From Desulfobacterales bacterium (GTDB taxonomy: Bacteria > Desulfobacterota > Desulfobacteria > Desulfobacterales > JANQIE01), in contig JANQIE010000147.1 of assembly GCA_028282295.1 (NCBI GenBank), positions 10,992 to 74,991 of the forward strand: 64,000 bases of DNA, written 5' to 3'. Below the pieces are notes generated by a model, which was not told the DNA's origin, did not search any database, and saw only the letters and a program-made list of their open reading frames with translations. Within the stretch, counting starts at the first letter, position 1, and each line of letters opens with the position of its first letter. Positions 10,301 to 17,120 of the stretch are shown here, in pieces. Both the position numbers and the translations under genes were made by a program.

Positions 10301-12400
10301 ACCAGCCGGGTTCGCACGGACTTCAGGCCGGTGGCCTACTTCAACCCTCAACTGCGCACGGACGACACCGGCCGGGTCACGGTCCGCTTTTTACTACCCG
10401 ACACCATGACCACCTACCGGGTCTACGCCGTGGCCTGCGATACCGGCAGTCAATTCGCTTCCAAACAGCGGGATCTGCTGGCGGTCAAGGAGTTTTACCT
10501 GGAACCGGGCCTGCCCCGCTTTCTGACCAGAGACGACCGCTTTGAGTTTGCCGTTGCGGCCTTCAACAAAACCGACCGTAGCGGCCCCGTGCGGCTTGCC
10601 GTGGACCATGATCCGCGCCTGGAACTGACGGTGGCGCCGGGGCCGTTCAACCTGAGGGCCTTCGAGCGCACCCTGGTGCCGGTGAAAGGACGGGCGGTCA
10701 CACCAGGACCCACGGCGCTGGCGGTCCGTGGCCGTTTTGGCGAACGCGAAGATACCGTACAACTGAAACTGCCGATCAATTCCGGGCATCTGTTCACCAC
10801 CGACATTCTGTACGGCACTTTCGGGAAGAAGACCGAATTGACGTACCGGTTTCCACCGGGAACCGCTAAAATTCCCTGGGCGGAGTTGAACCCGGACGAT
10901 GTCCAGGTGTTGCTGACCCTGTCCGGATCGCCCTTTTTGAAAATGGGCGGCGGGCTCAATTACCTGCTGCGCTACCCGTATGGGTGCATCGAACAGACCA
11001 GTTCGGGCGTTATGCCCCTGGCGGCCCTGCGCGATCTGATCCGACAGGGATTCATTGCCCATCTGAGCCTGGAAAAAACCGATAAGTTCCTGACCAAGGG
11101 GGTGGCGCGCCTGCTTTCCATGCAGACCGACGACGGTGGGTTCGGCTACTGGCCGGGGAATCTGCGTCCCCATCGCTGGGGCAGCATTTACGCCCTCACC
11201 GCCCTGACCCAGGCGCGGGCTGCGGGTATGGACGTTCCGGCACAGGCCCTGGACCGGGCCCTGGCCTATTTAAAGCGCATCCTGAGCGAAAAACCGGGCA
11301 CCGACGATCAGAAGGCCGATACGCTCAAAGCCTATGCGATCTACCTGTTGGCGCACCATCAGCGGCTGACCAAGGCCCAGTTCCGAAAACTGTACAACCG
11401 GCTGGATAAACTTGCCCGCGAAGCCGCGTTGCTGGTGTTATGGTCCGGCTGGAAAAGTAACCTGCTGACCGATATGCCCGCGCTGCAGGCCAAGGCGCGT
11501 GCATGGTTGACCCGGCAACCGGAACGCAACCGCGGTGTGGCTTTTTCAGCCCGTTACCGCGAACCGGCCATCGCCCTGCTCACGGCGACCGCATTACTGC
11601 CGGACGATCCGTTCACCGGTCGTCAGGCCAAACGGTTGATGGACGGCATCGGCCGCAACGGCATCTGGTCGTCCACCAGCGACACCGGTTGGTCGCTGAT
11701 GGCCTTGGGGAGGTACTTCACCGGGCAACCCTTTGCCGGCAAGCCCGCCGAGATCCATGTTGAACAAGCCGGCCAGCCGGCCCGCACCGTGCGCCTGGCG
11801 CCCCGGGGCCACGAAACCATGGCCATCGATCCCGGCACCTTCATTCAGCAGCCCCGCCTGACCCTGTCCCGGCCGGGCGCGGGGCAGATGGTCTACATGC
11901 TGTCGTTGCGTTTCCCGCGCGTCGATTGGGCCGCTACCGGGTATGCCAACGGTTTTACGATTCACAAAACCGTCACGAACACCGACGGCAGCCCGGCCAT
12001 CAAGGTCGGCGACGTGGTCAAAGTCAAGTTGCTGATCGACATCGGCGACCGCAACGATTTTATTGTGCTGGACGATCCGCTGCCGGCCGGGCTGGTGGCC
12101 ATCAACAGCGCCATCAAAACCGAGGAAGCCGTCGGCCCGCAGGCGCGCCATTCAGCCTGGAGCGATTGGGACCCGGACTCCGGCACTTACCGGTTCGTGC
12201 CCAATTATTTTGAAATACGCGATGACCGCGTGCTGGCCTTCAAAAACCGGGCCTGGCGCGGCACCTACCATTACGAGTATTTCGCCAGGGCCGTTATCAG
12301 CGGCGAGTTTGTGCTGCCGTCGACCAAGGTGCAATTGATGTATGCGCCGGATGTGGTGAGCTTTACGCCACAAAGCAAAGTGGTCATCGCGCCCCGTTAG
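7373..12400 (+). CDS. bacterial alpha-2-macroglobulin family protein (YfhM/ECAM-like), thioester-containing
   Basis: AAGGAG RBS before ATG 7373. About 1675 aa. N-terminal signal/anchor. Thioester motif GCIEQ at 10985-10996 in frame. Size and position upstream of a PBP1C gene match the known A2M-PbpC pairing. Confidence 0.9.
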   Translation: MTLQKNVTRRCAFVLGLLALVFSWTDGPPSSVAAELDADKQFTIEALEPDLKKQHVQVTFSTACDHKALRKQVKIYPPVGHWISRRDVRGHELRIRGTFKAGQRYTVTLADAVDCNGRKYVPTLQTFQMPEWDPLIKLAEKGSIIERDSRQMLHVTVRNVDELVFEGRRIAPVQLLAALKLVKQKTPPDQWNEALEATPAPPWQAVAPPVAGRERQLFFPGGPRNQQQTFSMPLTFRRDKAQGGIMLAALSGRDQQRPVTGPVQLLRITDLALTYKISAHKLLVWVTSLRTGLPVARVALYALTRNDQAVVLGRSDRDGLVVLTAGQRLPHYRLTAEGALEEKPLNLNRVRFLVAETTQDSTYLAVRPRGNLRPDWITQARPTRHSSGRLFKGHLFTERGIYRPGEIVHFKGTLRELKDREILPPTDITPTVIIKNAKNETVYEQQPTVSEFGTLGDSIRIKPYFPLGTYTLQMKHDVKDKQPLASRTFQVQAFRPPRHFAEVHFTRDRRPAVEYVNRSEQLDLLNCDILGRYYAGGPVKHGKVRWKAYYTGTDFRLADYPDFVFGNYMASRSRLLESGESILDEQGNLKVSLPAGNQIVAGVYGMEVIATVVDFDGRAAARSAVYQHRPGYLVGISRHDARINAGEAQVLKLIVVDAKGRTVKKGDLEVVVMKKDWTYIRKRNQAGDLFWDWQEVWHKQVTTALAIEKGRALFDFDFVRGGDYLLKFIYRRKGHDYQSSTRFTVTGAYYGYEYANRNRGFEKLALLPDKKEYAPGETMRLYINPHRPLARVLLTLEQNRILTHRVIDLKPEQKYIDIPITTAHIPNIYVSVFGTAGRQRFPVYTGQVDTEAPTFLFGVTNITVKNVVDRLQLTIGEESRPLKARPGEEVALALQVTDKNGAPVKSEIALGVVDESVLALTGYQTPTLDALTRFLSPLAVFTGDLRAELLRQTPFDMIANEPVTGGGGLKKKPEAVTSRVRTDFRPVAYFNPQLRTDDTGRVTVRFLLPDTMTTYRVYAVACDTGSQFASKQRDLLAVKEFYLEPGLPRFLTRDDRFEFAVAAFNKTDRSGPVRLAVDHDPRLELTVAPGPFNLRAFERTLVPVKGRAVTPGPTALAVRGRFGEREDTVQLKLPINSGHLFTTDILYGTFGKKTELTYRFPPGTAKIPWAELNPDDVQVLLTLSGSPFLKMGGGLNYLLRYPYGCIEQTSSGVMPLAALRDLIRQGFIAHLSLEKTDKFLTKGVARLLSMQTDDGGFGYWPGNLRPHRWGSIYALTALTQARAAGMDVPAQALDRALAYLKRILSEKPGTDDQKADTLKAYAIYLLAHHQRLTKAQFRKLYNRLDKLAREAALLVLWSGWKSNLLTDMPALQAKARAWLTRQPERNRGVAFSARYREPAIALLTATALLPDDPFTGRQAKRLMDGIGRNGIWSSTSDTGWSLMALGRYFTGQPFAGKPAEIHVEQAGQPARTVRLAPRGHETMAIDPGTFIQQPRLTLSRPGAGQMVYMLSLRFPRVDWAATGYANGFTIHKTVTNTDGSPAIKVGDVVKVKLLIDIGDRNDFIVLDDPLPAGLVAINSAIKTEEAVGPQARHSAWSDWDPDSGTYRFVPNYFEIRDDRVLAFKNRAWRGTYHYEYFARAVISGEFVLPSTKVQLMYAPDVVSFTPQSKVVIAPR

Positions 12401-12471
12401 AATCGGTTTGCAAGAGCGGCATCGCTGTTCTTTTGATTTGATTTGGAACCAAACCACAACGATATTTTGTA

Positions 12472-13419
12472 ATGTTGTCCGCCAGGGAAAGCCAGGAAGG
12501 GGAGAAAATCGACTTGCAGCCCTTTCTTTTTAACGCCCAAGGAAAGGGCGCGGCCTGCGAGTTCAAAGTCCTGTTCATTCAAAACAAAGTACGGTTTCAG
12601 TATGGCTTTGCGGCAACACCGCAACGCGTGACAGAGGAATGGCTGTTCGCCTATCCGGCAGGCAGACCGCAACGCTGGTTTGCAAGAAAGTGCGATCCCG
12701 GGACCGACGAGGAAAGCTGGGCATTCGGCACAAAATTCACTGGCCCAAAAAAACTCTGGCAGAAAGCAACCAGAAGAAACGCTCTTTTCCTTTCCACGGC
12801 GATTCAATTGAATAGTGACCAATTAAGGCCGGTTTTTTCATGGTTTCAACGGCTAGAGGTCATCGAACATGGTATGTTCCTGCACCCTGGAATCAGCATC
12901 GAAGAATGTATGGATGACGCAGGTAAAAAAACGATTCTTGACCTTATGAATGCAGCGGACTTAAGTATCCAGGATATCCAGATTGAGACACGGACATTCT
13001 CTGAAAAGGATTTGCCGAACGATATGTCATCGGCGCTTAAAGAAGAACTATTGAAACAAATGGCCGAAAAAAAATACCAGAAGGTAAAATTTCTTCACCC
13101 GGTTCACAAAACAAATAGGGCGATCTCGTTGCCATTGGAAGAAGAGTCGGGCGGCACCCGCAAACTGTTCGCCTACGCAGGGCCATGGCTGGACCTTCTT
13201 AATGCCGGCCGGATCCTTTTTTTGGACGAATTTGATAATAGCCTGCACTCCAAAATTATCGTCTTCCTTTTGGAGCTGCTCCACAACAGTGAGAGGAACA
13301 AGAAAAACGGCCAAGTGGTGCTTACAACGCATAATACATCTTTCCTTGATCAGAAATTTCTACGGCGGGATCAGGTTTGGTTTTTGGTGGCGTATCTAAA
13401 AACTCTCGGTAACAAATAG
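12472..13419 (+). pseudogene. AAA15/AAA21-type (ABC/OLD-like) ATPase remnant, truncated at both ends
   Basis: Has Walker B and the signature end (ILFLDEFDNSLH ... LTTHN ... RRDQVWFL). It lacks the N-terminal 60-70 aa with the Walker A loop, because only 71 nt separate it from the A2M stop. It also ends abruptly after DQVWFLV. Visibly more AT-rich than its neighbours. Confidence 0.6.
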
Positions 13420-13430
13420 TAACTTTTCTG

Positions 13431-13491
13431 CATCTTTAATCGCGGCGGGACGCCGCTCCTACAATTGGGTTAATCTTATGAATGGCTTAGG
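13431..13491. repeat. 61-nt REP-like element, copy B (inverted relative to copy A)
   Basis: Reverse complement CCTAAGCCATTCATAAGATTAACCCAATTGTAGGAGCGGCGTCCCGCCGCGATTAAAGATG aligns with 6086-6146. Confidence 0.8.
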
Positions 13492-13666
13492 GCTTGCGAA
13501 AATATAATTTCACATTTTTGGCGCCCGGATTTAGATCAGGCCGGTTCGATCTGAGGGGCCAAACCCTCGCCATAGCAGGCTATGGCGAGGGTTTTGAGAC
13601 CGAAGATCGGGTCAAAAAAACCTGAAGCCGGGAGGCCTAAAATGTGAAACTATTTTTGCGCGAGCC
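13491..13666. repeat. 176-bp imperfect palindrome (MITE-like hairpin element)
   Basis: About 38-bp terminal inverted repeats (GGCTTGCGAAAATATAATTTCACATTTTTGGCGCCCGG / CCGGGAGGCCTAAAATGTGAAACTATTTTTGCGCGAGCC). Perfect central hairpin CCCTCGCCATAGC-AG-GCTATGGCGAGGG. Confidence 0.75.
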
Positions 13667-13778
13667 CCAAGCCGTCACCCCGGCGAACGCCGGGGTCCAG
13701 AATCTAAACGGTAAGATACCTTTTTGCTTGTTTATCGCCTCAGCCTGACGGCTATGCCCTCAAAGGAGGAATTTCTGG

Positions 13779-16271
13779 GTGGGAATGGATAACCGATTTC
13801 TTGAATTTATAATGCGGTGCCGTGAGTTTGCCGTGAAGAAAAAAACAATCCCATACTCTGCCGTTCGTATCGGCGGGTTGCTGATACTGTTCATGCTGCC
13901 GGTGCTTGCCGTCTGGCTGGTGAACGCGGCACGCATCGATCCGGCGGCGTTCGACCTGCCGGATGACTGCCGTTTTTTCGATCGCCACGGGCGTTTACTG
14001 CGACACCTGCCGGATGAAAAGGGGGAACGGCACATCCGGGTCGCGTTGACCCAAATCCCCCTGACCGTGCAACACGCCTTCATTGCGGCGGAAGACGAAC
14101 GGTTCTTCCGTCACGGGGGCTATGATTCCAAGGCCATCGTGCGGGCGGCGCTCGCCAATGTGCGCGCAGGCCGGATTGTCTCCGGCGCCTCTACTATTAC
14201 GCAGCAGCTTTGCCGGCTTGTTTATCCGCGTCCGCGCACCTACACCGCCAAGCTGATTGAGGTGGTGCGCAGTATCCGGGCCGAGCGGGCGTTTAACAAA
14301 GAGCAAATTCTGGAGAAGTATTTAAATCGCGTGCCCATGGGGCATGCCATTGTCGGCGTGGCCCTGGCCGCTCGGCAGTACTTCGGCAAGGCGTGTGCGG
14401 ATCTGTCTGTGGGTGAGGCGGCGCTGTTGGCGGCACTGCCCAAGGCGCCGGGCCGTTTGAGCCCGTTCGGACGGCATCGACGGCGGTTGCTGGCGCGGCA
14501 AAAATGGGTCCTGGGACGGATGCATCGCCTCGGCTTCATCGACGCGGCCGCGTATCAGCAAGCACTGGCGGAACCGCTTGTTTTTCAGCGGCCGGCCTAC
14601 CCCCTGGATGCGCCGCATGTGATCGATCTGTTGCGCGCCCGCCTGCCGGCCGGGATGCCCGGTGGCGATCATTATACGACCATCGACACCGTGATCCAAC
14701 GCAAATTGCAGCATACCGTGCGTTCGCATGCCGACCGGCTGGCCTATCGCGGCGCCCGTCAGGCCGCCGCCATGATTGTATCGAATGCCACGGGCGACGT
14801 TCTGGCGTCGGTGGGCTCGCTTGCGTACGGCGCGGCCGGTCTCGGGTTCAACAACGGCACGACGGCCTTGCGATCGGCCGGCAGCACCCTCAAGCCGTTT
14901 GCTTACGCCCTGGCCCTGGAGGACGGCGATACCGGCGCCACCCTTGTGGCGGATACCCTGCAAAAATACCGGTCGCCCCAGGGCGACTACACGCCTGCAA
15001 ACTACGACCGCCACCAGTACGGTCCGGTGACCCTGCGCCTGGCATTGGGCAATTCGCTTAACATCACGGCCATCAAGGTGCTGGAACGGGTGGGGCTGGA
15101 ACGGTTTTACACGGTGCTCAAGGGGTTGGATCTGATCAATTCGCCGGGCAACGGCCCGGACCACTACGGGCTCGGGTTGGTGCTGGGCAATCCCGAGGTC
15201 AGCCTGGAACAACTAGCGGCCGCCTATGCCGGTCTGGCCAACGGAGGCCGGTTCCGGCCGTTGCGCTACCGTTTGCGGGCCGACCGGCCGGCCGCCGCAC
15301 AGGCTGTTTTTTCAGCGCCCGCGACGTATATTATCTCCGACATCCTTGCCGACCCGACCGCCCGGGTGCTCACCTTCGGTAGCACCGGTGTTTTGCAGTT
15401 CCCCTTCAAGGTCGCTTTTAAAACCGGCACCAGTACCCATTTCCGTGATGGTTGGATAGTTGGTTACACGCCCGATTACACCGTGGGGGTCTGGGTAGGT
15501 AATTTCGACGGGGCGCCCACCTATCGGTTGAGCGGCGCCGCGGGCGCGGGGCCGATATTCAAAGAGATCCTTACTTGGCTGTATGCTCGCAGTACGCCTC
15601 AATGGCCGGAGCCACCGCCACAGGTGGTGCGGGCACCGGTGTGCGGCATTTCCGGAATGGCGCCCGGCCCGCACTGTGCCTATGTAAGCCAGGAATTGTT
15701 TGTCCGGGGAACGCAGCACCGGACACGCTGCCGCCTGCATCCGGCGACCCCGCAGCTGCACCGGCTTCCCGCCGAATACGCGCTCTGGCTTCACGAACGT
15801 AGTCAACAGGGGCTCGCCGGCAACTATCGTCTTAACAAGAAGGTACTGCGTAAGACGCGTCAGGAGGTTGCGGTGCAGGACGACTTGGCGCTACCCGAAT
15901 CGTCGCGGCCCGGCATCAGAATCAAGGGGGTGGCCGCCTCAGCCCCCCAAAAAACCATAAAAGTCTATCAGCAGGGACGGCTGACCATCGGCGCCGGGCA
16001 TGTACACGGTACAACCGGAGCAGGCCGGGTGCGGATCGTCTATCCACTGGCAGCGGATCGCTTCGTGGTTGCCGACGGCCGCAACCGGATCATGCTGCGG
16101 GCGACCTGTGATCAGACCCTGGCCTATGTGGATTGGTTTATCGACAACGAGCACTACGCGCGGGTCGGCCCACCCTATCAGGTCGGCTGGTTTCCGCAAA
16201 AAGGCCGGCATGTGATCATGGTCGCCGGCCCCCGGCGCAACGGTGACGCGGTGGAGATTCTGGTGGAGTGA
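13779..16271 (+). CDS. pbpC: penicillin-binding protein 1C (bifunctional transglycosylase/transpeptidase)
   Basis: GT51 motifs (AAEDERFFRHGG, GASTITQQL), transpeptidase SxxK (GSTLKP) and KTGT, plus the C-terminal PBP1C-type extension. Start is GTG 13779 or ATG 13785/13812. Confidence 0.9.
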   Translation: MGMDNRFLEFIMRCREFAVKKKTIPYSAVRIGGLLILFMLPVLAVWLVNAARIDPAAFDLPDDCRFFDRHGRLLRHLPDEKGERHIRVALTQIPLTVQHAFIAAEDERFFRHGGYDSKAIVRAALANVRAGRIVSGASTITQQLCRLVYPRPRTYTAKLIEVVRSIRAERAFNKEQILEKYLNRVPMGHAIVGVALAARQYFGKACADLSVGEAALLAALPKAPGRLSPFGRHRRRLLARQKWVLGRMHRLGFIDAAAYQQALAEPLVFQRPAYPLDAPHVIDLLRARLPAGMPGGDHYTTIDTVIQRKLQHTVRSHADRLAYRGARQAAAMIVSNATGDVLASVGSLAYGAAGLGFNNGTTALRSAGSTLKPFAYALALEDGDTGATLVADTLQKYRSPQGDYTPANYDRHQYGPVTLRLALGNSLNITAIKVLERVGLERFYTVLKGLDLINSPGNGPDHYGLGLVLGNPEVSLEQLAAAYAGLANGGRFRPLRYRLRADRPAAAQAVFSAPATYIISDILADPTARVLTFGSTGVLQFPFKVAFKTGTSTHFRDGWIVGYTPDYTVGVWVGNFDGAPTYRLSGAAGAGPIFKEILTWLYARSTPQWPEPPPQVVRAPVCGISGMAPGPHCAYVSQELFVRGTQHRTRCRLHPATPQLHRLPAEYALWLHERSQQGLAGNYRLNKKVLRKTRQEVAVQDDLALPESSRPGIRIKGVAASAPQKTIKVYQQGRLTIGAGHVHGTTGAGRVRIVYPLAADRFVVADGRNRIMLRATCDQTLAYVDWFIDNEHYARVGPPYQVGWFPQKGRHVIMVAGPRRNGDAVEILVE

Positions 16272-16292
16272 GGTTTGTTTTTTCCGCGACCT

Positions 16293-17087
16293 TTACAAAT
16301 GAATATCCAGGTTTAGTTGCCGGTCTTTCTGCAGTTGTTGTAAATCCTGCCGCAGATTGCGCCAATAGGAATGTTCCGTTGTAAAGAGAATCTGTTCGAT
16401 GGCTGTCTGCTGATCAGCAAAATGCGTGTTTAGTATTCGCGCGACATTCAGCCAGTTCTGATCGGCCTGATTTTGAATACTCAGGCGGTAAATCCAGATC
16501 TTATCCGCATGGGGCGCCAGCATGTCGATCAACGGCCTCACCTCGGAGATATGAGGAATCACCGGACAGATCAACGCATTGGTCGTTATCCCGGCCTGCT
16601 TCAACCGGCGCAGGGCATCGATTCTGGCCTCGGTGTCGATGGTGTTTGCTTCGAACTGCCGGCGAATACGGTTGTCGTTGAAGGCGACCGAAACGCTTAC
16701 CGCCGCGTCCGGCAGCGCCCGAAGTAATTCCAGGTCACGAACCACCAAGGCGGATTTGGTGAGAATACTCACGGAAAATCCTTTTGCCAGACAGACTTTC
16801 AAAACGGTGCGCGTTTGACCGCTCTGCGCTTCACACGGCTGGTAGGGATCGGTGTGATAACCGAGGTAGATTTTCTGCGGGCTGATCTGCGCCAGTTCGC
16901 CGGCCAGCTGACCGGCGATATCGCGGTGGATGCCGATTTCTGCGGTCCAGTCGGTTTGGGCCTGGTTAAGGGCGTAACAGTAACGGCAGTAGTGGGCACA
17001 CCCGATGTAAGGATCGACCTGATAGTTGAAATTTTGCAAACCGCAGGTTTCTAAAACTGGTCGCGGTGAACAGGTGAAGATGTTCAT
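16293..17087 (-). CDS. radical SAM protein (SplB/COG1533-like)
   Basis: CxxxCxxC cluster motif GCAHYCRYCY near the N-terminus. About 264 aa. Confidence 0.7.
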   Translation of the reverse strand: MNIFTCSPRPVLETCGLQNFNYQVDPYIGCAHYCRYCYALNQAQTDWTAEIGIHRDIAGQLAGELAQISPQKIYLGYHTDPYQPCEAQSGQTRTVLKVCLAKGFSVSILTKSALVVRDLELLRALPDAAVSVSVAFNDNRIRRQFEANTIDTEARIDALRRLKQAGITTNALICPVIPHISEVRPLIDMLAPHADKIWIYRLSIQNQADQNWLNVARILNTHFADQQTAIEQILFTTEHSYWRNLRQDLQQLQKDRQLNLDIHL

Positions 17088-17120
17088 GACGGGATACTCC
17101 TGTTTTACTTCTGTCGCTTT

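Noticed and set aside
12397-12822. 141-aa minus-strand ORF
   Set aside because: It overlaps the ATPase remnant antisense and starts inside the A2M stop region. It has no RBS and no recognisable features.
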